In this document: piece by piece, positions 51,390 to 61,715 of the stretch
How positions within the stretch are numbered: the first letter of the stretch is position 1
Layout: each line of letters opens with the position of its first letter
NCBI GenBank assembly: GCA_963777605.1
Contig: CAVZRV010000010.1
Location: forward strand, 448,001 to 512,000
Reading direction: 5' to 3'
From: an uncultured Acidobacteriota bacterium
GTDB lineage: Bacteria; Acidobacteriota; UBA6911; RPQK01; JAPXNP01
DNA length: 64,000 nucleotides
Notes under the pieces: model-generated
The model's database searches: none
What the model saw: only the letters and a program-made list of their open reading frames with translations
Told to the model about the DNA's origin: nothing
Position numbers and translations under genes: made by a program

Positions 51390-53636
51390 TTAGTCACTGA
51401 CAGGCCGAATTTGAATCGCGGTGCACCACTGTCTATTGTGGATCATCGCCCGGTTTTCCGACCGGGAAAACTGATCCCGGCTCAACGGTTCTGGGTCCGC
51501 GGCGCCCGAAGGCTTAGCCACAAGCTCGAGGCGCCGAACCGAAAACTGGTCGTCTCCGGAGAACACCAGGTACATTTCCCGCCCATCCGGACTCATCCAC
51601 TTGGTCGGAAGGTGAGCACTTTCACCCGGCCCAACGTCGAAATAGCGGGTGTAGAAAGCGGTGGTCCACGGCCCCCAGGGTTCCGGTGCGTCGTAGATGG
51701 CGATCCCGCCGAAGAAGCGCGGAGCGCCCCCGGGATGCACCTGCACAAGCAGGTACCGCGAAAGGGCCCGATTGAAACTGATTGAGGAGCGGTAACAGCC
51801 ACCGGGATTCGAGAAAACCGCTGAGCGGTCGGCAAGGTCTTGGCTCCAGCGGGGCTGTCCGTTCCGGTAGCCGGACAGGAATTCGTAGGCCTCCCGATTA
51901 CCGATCTGCTCCTTCGGGACCCGCGCAAGAACCATGCGGTCGGAAGCCTCATAGGCGCTGTCGGAGTCGGGAGAATAGACGTAGACGTAGCCGTCCCGGG
52001 CGTCCGCGTAGTCCCGACCGAAGTTCAGAAAGGCGGGATACCCGAAGCTTTCCGAAAATCGCCACGGACTCCAGGACCAGGTCATGCCGTGGTCGTCTGA
52101 CCAGGCCAACTGCGCGTTTTCCGCGTTGCGGGCCCACATGTAGAGACGGCCGTTGACCGACAGCAGGCTGGAGGCCTTCTTGCCGGCCGCTCCTTGCCCT
52201 CGTTGCTCGCCGGTCTGAGAACGGATGTTGATTCCCTGGAAATCGTTCGGGAGACCGAGGACCCTGGCCAGGCCCAGACTCAGCTTTTCTTCCCCGGGCA
52301 GCCTCGGTTCAAAGCCCCACCCGTCTCCATAGGCCGTGTACAGGTTGTCGTCGCCCGCCCAGGTCAGAGGCCAGTTGTCTGATCCTTCGGCCCTGCGCTC
52401 GATCGAAGAACGTGTCCCGAACCGGATCCGGGCAATGATCGGACTCGGGGCATAGGGTGCGGTCTCGGCGAGTCCCTTTCCCGGGGAGAAGCCCTTGACC
52501 GAATCCATTACCGGGTTGAAGACGTACTTCTCGATGCCGCCCCAGAAACCGAGACCCGGCTCCTCGACCAGGTCTCCGTTCCTCACCACGACCAGGCCCA
52601 GGCTCGGCACGACAAGCAGAACCTGCTGGCCCGCTCCGGCTCCAGCGAAGGCATCCTTCGGCACCTTGGGCCAGACCGAGTCCTGGTTGGTCCACCAGCC
52701 GAGCCCCGAGCCCGGCTGAGGATTGCCTGCGGGCCGCTCGGGAATCGGCGTTCCCGCGTACTCGGTCACCGCATCCACCCACGAAGGATCGACCAGTTGC
52801 CGTCCATTCCAGTTGCCCCGTTGGAGCATCAGGAGCCCAACGCGGGCCACGGCACGCGCCGTGAAAGAGCCGCCTCCCCAATCGGGGACGAGAGAGAGCC
52901 CATCGAGCCGGTAGGTCTGCCCGTAGCCGATCGACCAGTCCTCCGGATTCATCCCAATCGGCTCCATTATACGATCCTTCAGCAGTGTCCTTATGTCGGG
53001 CGGACCCTGGTGCAGCAGGCTCGCGGTCACGGCATAGGCGAGGGCACCCATCCCGGGGTTGCTGTACGCATAGCCGGTTCCAGGCGGAAAGATCACAGGG
53101 GCCTGGTAGATAGCCGGAGTGAAGGGGTCGGGATCCTTCCTCCAAAAAGCGCCTTTCCAGCCCGGCAGATCCATATGCGAGATTCCACCTTCTTCCGCAT
53201 CTTCAATCCCGGAACTGTGCGTGGCCAGTTGGCGCAGGGTGATCAATGACTTCTGCGGATCTCCCCGCCAGGCCGGAATGTAGCGCCAGGCCGGGTCGTC
53301 GGGAAAAACAAGCCCGTCGCTGAGAGCCACCAGGAGCGACATCCCGCCGACCAGAGCCTTGGCCAGGGACGCAGTGTAATGGGGCTTGTCCGGCCCGCTG
53401 CCGGGAGAATACCACTCGTAGACGATGACCCCGTCCCGCACCACCAGGAAGCTCTTCGTGCCACGATCGGCCAGCCCGCGACAAGCCTCATCAAGGCGAA
53501 CCCGGTCGAGACCATGCTGCCTTGGAGATTCAGTCCGCCATTGCCACTCACCGGCCCCTTGCAAAACCCCTGCCGTAGCGGTCAACACGACGAAACTCAT
53601 CCACACCCGGGTAACCCACAATCCACTTCTGAACAT
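51390..53636 (-). CDS. Exported serine hydrolase (class C beta-lactamase fold) fused to a C-terminal beta-propeller (DUF4185-like) domain
   Basis: SLAK (SxxK), LATHSSG, YSN, then SDNWPLTW..YGDG, WSDDHGMTW, APEPWGPW. Confidence 0.8.
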   Translation of the reverse strand: MFRSGLWVTRVWMSFVVLTATAGVLQGAGEWQWRTESPRQHGLDRVRLDEACRGLADRGTKSFLVVRDGVIVYEWYSPGSGPDKPHYTASLAKALVGGMSLLVALSDGLVFPDDPAWRYIPAWRGDPQKSLITLRQLATHSSGIEDAEEGGISHMDLPGWKGAFWRKDPDPFTPAIYQAPVIFPPGTGYAYSNPGMGALAYAVTASLLHQGPPDIRTLLKDRIMEPIGMNPEDWSIGYGQTYRLDGLSLVPDWGGGSFTARAVARVGLLMLQRGNWNGRQLVDPSWVDAVTEYAGTPIPERPAGNPQPGSGLGWWTNQDSVWPKVPKDAFAGAGAGQQVLLVVPSLGLVVVRNGDLVEEPGLGFWGGIEKYVFNPVMDSVKGFSPGKGLAETAPYAPSPIIARIRFGTRSSIERRAEGSDNWPLTWAGDDNLYTAYGDGWGFEPRLPGEEKLSLGLARVLGLPNDFQGINIRSQTGEQRGQGAAGKKASSLLSVNGRLYMWARNAENAQLAWSDDHGMTWSWSPWRFSESFGYPAFLNFGRDYADARDGYVYVYSPDSDSAYEASDRMVLARVPKEQIGNREAYEFLSGYRNGQPRWSQDLADRSAVFSNPGGCYRSSISFNRALSRYLLVQVHPGGAPRFFGGIAIYDAPEPWGPWTTAFYTRYFDVGPGESAHLPTKWMSPDGREMYLVFSGDDQFSVRRLELVAKPSGAADPEPLSRDQFSRSENRAMIHNRQWCTAIQIRPVSD

Positions 53637-53813
53637 GATTCTCTTCCCTTCCTGTGTTCCCCCGGCATCCTATGGAGACTGTCGGGCCGGGTCAATCGTC
53701 CAAACGATCCGACCGGGCGTCAACTTGATGGCAACCGGCTAAAAAGGTCAGAATCGAATGGTTACGCCCCCGACTCGACTGCGGGGAATGAAAGAGTTGG
53801 TCAGCGGTTGTCG

Positions 53814-55088
53814 ATGCAATTTTCCAAACTCAAGCCCTTCCTCAAGGTCGGCCTCCGTGTCGGCCTGGCCTCAGCCGCTTCATTTCTGCTCCTCGAGGCA
53901 CTGCTGTTTACTTTTGAACCTCAGGTCTTCCGTAGGTCCTTCTACGTTTTCGACCCCGACCTGGGTTTCCGGGTACGTCCTTACGCCGTCTATGGCAACG
54001 ACCAGGCAAACCAGTACGGATTCAACGACCGTGACTATCCCGAAGAGCGGACACCGGGAACCTGCCGCATCCTTTTTCTGGGCGACTCCTTCAACTGGAT
54101 GGGCGGCCAAACCGAGAATTACACGGCAGTCCTCGAAGCCCTTTTCGAAAGCCGGTTTGGACCCGACCGGGTAGAGGTAATCAGTGCGGGCTATTCCATG
54201 ACCCACACGGGGGAGCAACTGGCCCTGTACCGCAAATTCGGGGCCCGTTACCATCCCGACCTGGTGGTTCTCGGTTTCTTCGCCGGGAACGACTTCTATG
54301 ATGCTCTTCCCAACCGGCGACGCATCGTCTTCGCGGGGGTCCCTACGGACGTCTTTCTGAACCGGGATTTCTACACAGTGGTTTTTGGCCGTCCCTTTCT
54401 CCTGCGCAGCCGCGTGCTCAACTTCATCAAAGGGTTCACCGAGTACCAGGCGGCCTGGTGGGAACACCGGAAGGACCTGCTTGCTGCCGCCGGGCGAAGG
54501 TCGCAAGCCTCTCTGGACGACTTCCCCGAGATCGTCGACCGAAGCCCTGTCACCAGGCCCTCGACGTTCTCAACTCCATCTCCGGGCTACGCTGAGTCAC
54601 TTCGACTTCGCTTCGAGTTCTGCGACCCGAAACGGGAAGCCCAATATCGGGGTAACGTGGAATACATCGAGCGGGCCATCCGCGAGCTGGCGAGATTTGT
54701 TCATGAACACGGCAGCCGCTTTATTTTGTCGATTTTCCCCGATCGCGCCCAGATCAGCGGCCAATTACGCGACTTTGTGGCCCACTCGGAAGGCCGGGAC
54801 TCGTCGAGCTTCGATTGGAACCGCCCCCAGGAACTCCTGGCTGCGCTCTCCAGGAGAGGCGAAATCACCCGCTTCGACCTCACGGGGCCATTCCGACTTG
54901 CCCACGAACGTGGCTGGAGTCTGTATCTGTCGAACGACACTCACTGGAATCGCGAAGGAAACCGGCTTGCAGCGGAACTCTTTTACCTTAAATTGGAAGG
55001 ATGGGTAGACCAATTCCTGTCCCGCTCGAAGGGGACTTCACCCTCCGGGACCCCTGAATCCCGGACGACCTCAACGGAGGAACCATGA
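53814..55088 (+). CDS. Membrane-anchored SGNH/GDSL (AlgX-like) protein
   Basis: TM anchor, GDSF, GND, DTHWN..GN. Confidence 0.85.
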   Translation: MQFSKLKPFLKVGLRVGLASAASFLLLEALLFTFEPQVFRRSFYVFDPDLGFRVRPYAVYGNDQANQYGFNDRDYPEERTPGTCRILFLGDSFNWMGGQTENYTAVLEALFESRFGPDRVEVISAGYSMTHTGEQLALYRKFGARYHPDLVVLGFFAGNDFYDALPNRRRIVFAGVPTDVFLNRDFYTVVFGRPFLLRSRVLNFIKGFTEYQAAWWEHRKDLLAAAGRRSQASLDDFPEIVDRSPVTRPSTFSTPSPGYAESLRLRFEFCDPKREAQYRGNVEYIERAIRELARFVHEHGSRFILSIFPDRAQISGQLRDFVAHSEGRDSSSFDWNRPQELLAALSRRGEITRFDLTGPFRLAHERGWSLYLSNDTHWNREGNRLAAELFYLKLEGWVDQFLSRSKGTSPSGTPESRTTSTEEP

Positions 55089-56185
55089 TGAGGAAACGAC
55101 GCCTCTGGATGACGATTGTTCTGTTACTTGCCTGCTCCTGCGTTGCCCCTGCTTTCGGGGCTGCTCCCCTGCGTCTCGCCGTAGCCGGACTCAAGCACGG
55201 GCACGTTCACGGACTGCTCTCGAGGATATCCGAACTGCCCGTTGAAATCGTCGGGATCTACGAACCCGACGCGGAACTCCGGACCCAAGCCTCAAAGCGG
55301 TACGACCTTCCGGAAAAGCTCTTCTTCGACGACCTCCTCAGCCTTCTCGACGAGACTCACCCCGAGGCGGTTGCGGCATTCAACCCGATCGCCCGGCACG
55401 TCGATATCGTCGAAGCGTGCGCGCCGAGGGGCATCGACGTCATGGTCGAAAAGCCACTCGCGTTTTCGGCCAGTGATGCTGCCCGGATTCAATTTCTGGC
55501 AAAGACCAATGGGATCCAGGTGCTGACCAACTACGAGACCACCTGGTACGCGACCACCGCAGAGATCGATCGCCGGGTTCGCGAGCAGCAGGAACTCGGC
55601 ACGCTGCGCAAAATCGTCGTTCACGACGGCCACCAGGGGCCGCAGGAGATCGGCGTCGGCCCAGAGTTTCTCTCCTGGCTGACCGACCCGGCGCTGAACG
55701 GCGCGGGCGCACTGGTTGATTTTGGGTGCTACGGAGTCGATCTCACGCTCTGGCTGCTCAACGGGCGTCTTCCCAGCACGGTCACTGCGGTAACCCAGCA
55801 ACTCAAGCCTGAGATCTATCCGCTGGTTGACGACGAAGCTACCATCGTCCTCGCCTACCCCGAAACCCAGGCAATCCTGCAGGCGTCATGGAACTGGCCG
55901 TTCAACCGGAAAGACATCGAGATCTACGGCACCAAAGGCTACCTGTCAGCCCTCGACGGCCGGCAAATGAGCGCCCGTCTCGGCGACGACAACCAACCCC
56001 TCAACTACCGGGTTACCCTGGCGCCCTTCTCCAACCCGTTCGAGTACCTGCGGGCTGTCGTGGCGGGTGAGGTCAAGGTCTCGCCAAACGACCTCTCATC
56101 CCTCGAGTTGAATGTATCGGTGGCACGAATCCTCGATGCCGCCATTCGCTCGGCGCGGGAAGGTAAAACCGTGAAACTGGAGTGA
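55085..56185 (+). CDS. Exported Gfo/Idh/MocA oxidoreductase
   Basis: Signal peptide, GLKHGH, VMVEKPLA, GALVDFGCYG. ATGA overlap with the upstream gene. Confidence 0.9.
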   Translation: MMRKRRLWMTIVLLLACSCVAPAFGAAPLRLAVAGLKHGHVHGLLSRISELPVEIVGIYEPDAELRTQASKRYDLPEKLFFDDLLSLLDETHPEAVAAFNPIARHVDIVEACAPRGIDVMVEKPLAFSASDAARIQFLAKTNGIQVLTNYETTWYATTAEIDRRVREQQELGTLRKIVVHDGHQGPQEIGVGPEFLSWLTDPALNGAGALVDFGCYGVDLTLWLLNGRLPSTVTAVTQQLKPEIYPLVDDEATIVLAYPETQAILQASWNWPFNRKDIEIYGTKGYLSALDGRQMSARLGDDNQPLNYRVTLAPFSNPFEYLRAVVAGEVKVSPNDLSSLELNVSVARILDAAIRSAREGKTVKLE

Positions 56186-56211
56186 GGGTCAGGTGGTGAG
56201 GAAGAGGAAGA

Positions 56212-56311
56212 ATAGGATGTATGGGACATGGGACTCGTGAAATTCCGCCGAGCAATAGGTTCCATGTCCTATGAAGTCCTTTTTCCCATGCGTCCCATAG
56301 CCCCTTGTCCT
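56212..56311. repeat. Imperfect inverted repeat built from ATGGGAC/GTCCCAT-like units between convergent genes
   Basis: AGGATGTATGGGACATGGGAC ... TTCCATGTCCTATGAAGTCCT-TTTT and TCCCATGCGTCCCAT. Confidence 0.6.
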
Positions 56312-56312
56312 G

Positions 56313-56687
56313 CTACCGGCCTTGCAGTTCCATTCGCGTGTGCTTCGAGGCTTCCGCCGCCCGGTAGCGGAACCGCACTTTTTTCAGCCCCCGGCGAAGC
56401 GGGACAGGCGGCATGTCGCGGTCCGCGGGTACCAGCCCAAAGAACCCAACGTGCTGAGACCTTCCGTCTCGATACTCGAGAATCCACTCCTCAATGACGA
56501 TCGCGCCACCAACGGCCCGGATGCGGATGGCCTGGTAGTTATCGTCCCTGCCGACCGAAAAGGAGTCTCTCTCCGGCGACCGGTTGACTTTCTGCAGACC
56601 GATCCGTTCCCATTGCTTCTCGACTGCCTGCCCAAACGCGAGACCAAAAAACAGCAGCAGAACCGAGAACTTCAGAAATCTCAACAT
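56313..56687 (-). CDS. Small exported protein, DUF2541-like
   Basis: Signal peptide, W..IG...V....ERD...VG....Y..IRI..V.G.I.I.....Y.DG. GGGGG RBS. Confidence 0.65.
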   Translation of the reverse strand: MLRFLKFSVLLLFFGLAFGQAVEKQWERIGLQKVNRSPERDSFSVGRDDNYQAIRIRAVGGAIVIEEWILEYRDGRSQHVGFFGLVPADRDMPPVPLRRGLKKVRFRYRAAEASKHTRMELQGR

Positions 56688-57052
56688 ACGATAGCCCCCA
56701 TGCATGATCTCTGTCTCACATGCGTCGCGGGAATCATATCAACCGCCCCGGACGGGGTTTGTGATCTCAACCGCCATTTCCCCACCATCCGACCAGGAAT
56801 TGGCAAGGCATCGGTTCGATGCCCTCCCCTCGGACGCGGTGGAACTCGGGTGATCCATCCCCTCAAACAGCGGTGCGCCGACTCAAATCGGAGCGAGCAA
56901 CAAACGGCTGGACAGTCGCGGAAAAATCCGTAGAGTTATCGGGGACAGCGCCCGTTTTGGGTCCAGGTGAAGCTGGAGTTGGACCCTCCGACGGATCAAT
57001 CGATCATGAAGCCGGCAGGAGTTTCGCGGCTCCTGCACCAGGAAAGGACCAG

Positions 57053-57802
57053 ATGGACACTTACCTTGCCGAGTTTGCGGGAACGATGTTGTTGATTATC
57101 CTCGGGGACGGCGCCGTCGCCAACGTCTGCCTGGCTCGATCGAAGGGCAAGGACTCCGGGTGGATCGTGATTACCACAGGGTGGGGGTTGGCTGTGGCCC
57201 TCGCGGTTTACTCGGTTGGCCGAATCAGTGGAGCCCACATCAACCCGGCGGTCACGATTTCCCTGGCCGCGATCGGATCGTTTCCCTGGGGCGAAGTCCC
57301 TGCATACATTCTTTCCCAACTGCTGGGAGCGATGGCCGGGGCAGCGGTCGTCTGGCTTGCGTACCTTCCCCACTGGGGAGTGACTGACGATAGCGACGCG
57401 AAGCTCGGCATATTCTCGACCATCCCGGCCATCCGCAGTACGGGCGCCAATTTCCTGTCTGAGTTCATCGGGACGGCCGTCCTGCTATTCGGCATTCTGG
57501 CAATCGGAGACAACGTGCAGGCGCTCACTTCCCCCGAGAATTTCGACCTCTCGGTCGTCTACAGCGGAGCGATCCAGCCTCTGATCGTCGGGTTCCTGGT
57601 CTGGGGGATCGGCCTCAGCCTCGGCGGTCCCACCGGGTATGCCATCAACCCGGCTCGCGACCTCGGTCCCCGGATCATGCACGCCCTCCTGCCGATTCCC
57701 GGAAAACGTGATTCCGATTGGGGCTACTCCTGGATTCCGGTCCTCGCACCGGTGCTCGGGGGAATCACGGGAGCACTCCTCTATGCCCTGATCGGATTCT
57801 GA
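57053..57802 (+). CDS. glpF: Glycerol uptake facilitator (MIP family)
   Basis: AEFAGT, SGAHINPA, GYAINPARDLGPR. Confidence 0.95.
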   Translation: MDTYLAEFAGTMLLIILGDGAVANVCLARSKGKDSGWIVITTGWGLAVALAVYSVGRISGAHINPAVTISLAAIGSFPWGEVPAYILSQLLGAMAGAAVVWLAYLPHWGVTDDSDAKLGIFSTIPAIRSTGANFLSEFIGTAVLLFGILAIGDNVQALTSPENFDLSVVYSGAIQPLIVGFLVWGIGLSLGGPTGYAINPARDLGPRIMHALLPIPGKRDSDWGYSWIPVLAPVLGGITGALLYALIGF

Positions 57803-57882
57803 GCTGACCCATTTTTACGAAATCAGACGGGAAAGACGCCCGCACGTTTGAAAATCGGTCCCCAACCGCCGAAAATCACATC

Positions 57883-59382
57883 ATGGCTGACTTCATTGGA
57901 GCAATCGATCAGGGAACAACCAGTACACGATTCATGATATTCGATGACTCGGGAGCGGAGGTCTCGCGAGCCCAGAAAGAGCACCGGCAGATCATGCCCC
58001 AGGCCGGCTGGGTCGAACACGATCCTGTCGAGATCATCGACCGGACCCGGGAGGTCGTCGCTGAATCGATCGCAGCCGCGGGAATCCAGGCCCGGGAAAT
58101 CCGTGCCATCGGCCTCACAAACCAGCGGGAAACGACCGTCCTCTGGAACCCGAAGTCAGGGGCTCCGTGGAGCAACGCAATCGTCTGGCAGGACACCAGA
58201 AACGCCGACATGATCAACCGTGTGGCAGCCACTCCGGGCGCCGACCTGATTCGAAGCCGGACGGGGCTGGTCCCGGCGACCTACTTTTCGGCGGGCAAAA
58301 TCCGCTGGCTCATGGAACAGAATCCCGCTTTGGCCGAAGCCGCCTCGGCCGGGGAACTGGTTTTCGGAAATATCGACTCGTGGCTGCTCTGGAACCTCAC
58401 CGGGGGTCCCGACGGCGGAGTTCATGCGACCGACGTGACCAATGCCAGCCGAACCATGCTGATGGACCTGGAGACCCTCGACTGGGATGACGAACTGCTT
58501 GAACTCTTCCAGATACCGCGTGAGATTCTTCCCCGGATTCAGCCATCTTCGACGTTCTACGGGGAAACCCGTGGCGACTTGATGCCCGCAGGAGTCCCGG
58601 TTGCAGGGATCCTGGGAGACCAGCAGGCCGCCACTGTCGGCCAGGTATGTTTCACCCCGGGCGAGGCCAAGAACACCTACGGGACGGGAAACTTCATGCT
58701 TCTTAACCTGGGGAAAAAGCCGGTCGCCTCTGGTTCCGGCCTCCTGACGACGGTCTGCTACCAGTGGGCAAACCAGGATCCCGTATACGCGTTCGAGGGT
58801 TCGATCGCGGTAACCGGCTCGGCCGTACAGTGGCTCCGAGACCAGATCGGGCTGATCGGATCCGCGGCGGAGATCGAAACCCTGGCAAACTCGGTTCCCG
58901 ACAATGGGGGGATCTACTTCGTTCCCGCCTTCTCGGGCCTGTTCGCGCCCTATTGGCGTTCGGATGCCCGAGGCGCCATCGTCGGACTTTCCCGCTTCGT
59001 CAACCGGGGCCACATCGCCCGGGCCACCCTCGAAGCGATCTGCTTCCAGACGCGGGACGTCGTCGAGGCCATGCGGGAAGACGCCGGCCTGGACCTCGAA
59101 GTGATCCGCGTGGACGGCGGCGCCGTTGCCAACAACACCCTGATGCAACTTCAGGCCGACATTCTGGGCGTTTCGGTGGTCCGCCCCCGGATCTCGGAAA
59201 CCACGTCGCTCGGGGCGGCCTACGCCGCTGGGATGGCCGTTGGCGTCTGGAAGGACACCGACGAACTCCGCCATAAGTGGCAGAAAGACCGGCAGTGGGA
59301 TCCCCAATGGAGTAAAGACCTCCGCGACGAGCGGTACCAGGGATGGAAGAAGGCCATCAAACGCACCCTCGACTGGGTATAG
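57883..59382 (+). CDS. glpK: Glycerol kinase
   Basis: [52 protein letters not shown]. Confidence 0.97.
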   Translation: MADFIGAIDQGTTSTRFMIFDDSGAEVSRAQKEHRQIMPQAGWVEHDPVEIIDRTREVVAESIAAAGIQAREIRAIGLTNQRETTVLWNPKSGAPWSNAIVWQDTRNADMINRVAATPGADLIRSRTGLVPATYFSAGKIRWLMEQNPALAEAASAGELVFGNIDSWLLWNLTGGPDGGVHATDVTNASRTMLMDLETLDWDDELLELFQIPREILPRIQPSSTFYGETRGDLMPAGVPVAGILGDQQAATVGQVCFTPGEAKNTYGTGNFMLLNLGKKPVASGSGLLTTVCYQWANQDPVYAFEGSIAVTGSAVQWLRDQIGLIGSAAEIETLANSVPDNGGIYFVPAFSGLFAPYWRSDARGAIVGLSRFVNRGHIARATLEAICFQTRDVVEAMREDAGLDLEVIRVDGGAVANNTLMQLQADILGVSVVRPRISETTSLGAAYAAGMAVGVWKDTDELRHKWQKDRQWDPQWSKDLRDERYQGWKKAIKRTLDWV

Positions 59383-59383
59383 G

Positions 59384-60944
59384 TCACCTCAGCTGGTACC
59401 GCGCAGCAAAGCGGCTGAATTCCTGGAGCTGATTCTCTTCCCATGCCTTGTCCTGACCCAGTTCCCGAGCCAGCAGTCGAGCCGCTGCCGGCGCCGCTTC
59501 TTCGCTGGCTTTGGCGTCGAGCAGGATGGCGCGGGTTCGCCGGGCCATGATGTCTTCCAGGGTCCGGGCCGATTCCTGCCGGGCACCCCAGACCACCGAC
59601 ACCTTCCGATAGGGCAACCGGGCATGCAGTGGTTCTCCAAGTTCCGGGTCCTCTTCGACCAGGCGCTCGAGGGCCGGGCGATCGCTCCCGTAGCACCGCT
59701 CAATCCCGCCGTCCGGGCTTGAATCCGCACCGTGGATCTTCATTTCGGCGGTCACCGAACGGGAGGGGGCCAGCGGTCCGATTTCGATCGCCCGTTCAAC
59801 GGCGTCCTGCGCCATCTTCCGATACGTCGTCCACTTTCCACCCAGAACCGAGATCATCCGCTTTCCCAGGACTTCGACAACATGGTCGCGGGAAAGAACA
59901 GAGGTGCGTTCGCCGCCTCCTTCGCCGTGTCCGACCAGGGGCCGCAGACCGGCGAAGACACTCAGGACATCACTGCGACTGGGCTGCATCTCCAGGTATC
60001 GCCCGACATGGGCCAGGATGAAATCCACTTCTTCGGCCGAGGGAGCCGGCTCCAGTTCGACATCCGTTACCGGGACATCGGTGGTTCCCACCACCACCCG
60101 ATCGTGCCAGGGAATGGCAAACAGGACTCTCCCGTCATCGGTCTTGGGGACCAGCAGCGCGGTCTCTCCTGGAAGAAATCGCCTGTCGAGCACGACGTGC
60201 GATCCGCGGCTGGCCGATATTCTCGGTCGAGCGGAGGGATCGGCCATGTGACGCAGGTGATCTGCGAACGCTCCAGTTGCATTGATCACGATTCGGGACC
60301 GGATCTCGAGTTGGGCGCCCGAAAGCCGATCCTCGACGGCGACGCCCCGGACTTCACCCCTCTCCACGAGCAACTCGCGAACGGCGCAGTAGTTGAGACC
60401 CGGTACCTCCCTGCTCTTCGAGAGTCTGAAGGAGAGAAATTCCCAACCGCGCATCGTCGAATTGGCCGTCGTAGAACAGGACTCCGCCACGAAGCCGCGA
60501 TTTTCGGACCGTCGCGAGGCGCTCGACGACGCCGCCGGCACCAAGAATCCGGGTCTTTCCAAGTCCAAGTTTCCCGGACAGGAAATCGTACGCTTTGAGC
60601 CCGATCCCGTAGTAGCCGAGCTGCCATCGGCGGTAGGTGGGGACCACCATCGGGAGCCGCTGGGCAAGGTGAGGGGCATTGCGGAGCAGCAGGCCCCTCT
60701 CGTGAAGTGCGTCTCTGACCAGGGAAACGTTACCCTGGGCCAGGTAGCGAACTCCTCCATGAACCAGCTTCGTGCTTCGGCTGGATGTTCCCTTGCAGAA
60801 ATCGTGTTGTTCAAAAAGGACCGTGCGATAGCCTCGAGAGGCTGCCTCGACGGCGACTCCAAGTCCGGTAGCACCACCCCCAACGACCACGATGTCGACC
60901 TCCGGGGCAGCGGATAATCGACCGAGTGACTCATCTCTCCACAA
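59384..60944 (-). CDS. glpD: FAD-dependent glycerol-3-phosphate dehydrogenase, split by a +1 frameshift near 60400
   Basis: GGGATG, GTSSRSTKLVHGGVRYL and DGQFDDAR in the N-part. INATG, GTTD, GLRPL, SRDH and GGKWTTYRKMA in the C-part. Confidence 0.93.
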
Positions 60945-60971
60945 TATTCACCCTCTTCCCGCGGCGAACCG

Positions 60972-61519
60972 CTACTCCGACCGGGAGCGGTCCGCGAAAA
61001 GGCTTCTAAATTTACTTCAGCTTCGGAGCAACCACAACCTGGCAATACGGCTGCGATTGATTATCCCGAAAGTAGTTCTGATGGTAGTCCTCGGCAGGAT
61101 AGAAAACTTGAAGAGGAACCACCTCGGTAACAATCGGGCCCGAATAGACACCTTGCGTCTTTAGCTTCTCAATGACCTCCCGCGCGGTCTGCTCCTGCTC
61201 TTCGTCGTGGCAGAGGATGATCGATCGATACTGGGTCCCCACATCCGCTCCCTGACGATTCAGCGTCGTGGGATCATGGATCGCAAAGAACACCTCGAGC
61301 AGGCTCCGAAAACTCACTTCATCCGGGTTGAATGTTATCTGAACCACCTCCGCATGTCCTGTTAATCCCGAGCAAACTTCCCGGTAGGCAGGGTTTTTGA
61401 CCCGACCTCCGGCATAGCCTGAGACCACCTTCTCAACGCCGCTCAGTTCCTGAAATACCGCTTCGAGGCACCAAAAGCAACCTCCACCGATACGTTGCGA
61501 GTGAGTTAGACATCGTCAT
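60972..61519 (-). CDS. msrA: Peptide methionine sulfoxide reductase A, with two +1 frameshifts (near 61492 and 61016)
   Basis: Manual translation gives GGGCFWCLEAVF upstream of the listed ORF. Also GHAEVVQ, HDPTTLNRQGADVGTQYRS and AEDYHQNY. C-terminus KFRSLFADRSRSE* lies in the shifted frame. Confidence 0.92.
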
Positions 61520-61715
61520 AGTGATTCGAATTATATAGGGACACAGGAGGTCAAACGGGCATCGGCCTGATCGCCGTTCAGGCTCTGGTGCAAGAACTCG
61601 AAGAAGCGGTTGCCGCCGCTCGAGAACCCTGATTTCTCCTCTGATTTTCCAGTCGGTTTGTCTATAATTCCCAAGATTCGGGATTCAACGTTCGGTTCGA
61701 CTGAGGGGTGGAGAG

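Noticed and set aside
51390-53636. Antibiotic-resistance beta-lactamase
   Set aside because: The SxxK fold is shared with many esterases and peptidases, the class C KTG motif is not evident, and there is no mobile context. The MBL-fold genes at 12179 and 16231 are likewise housekeeping types.
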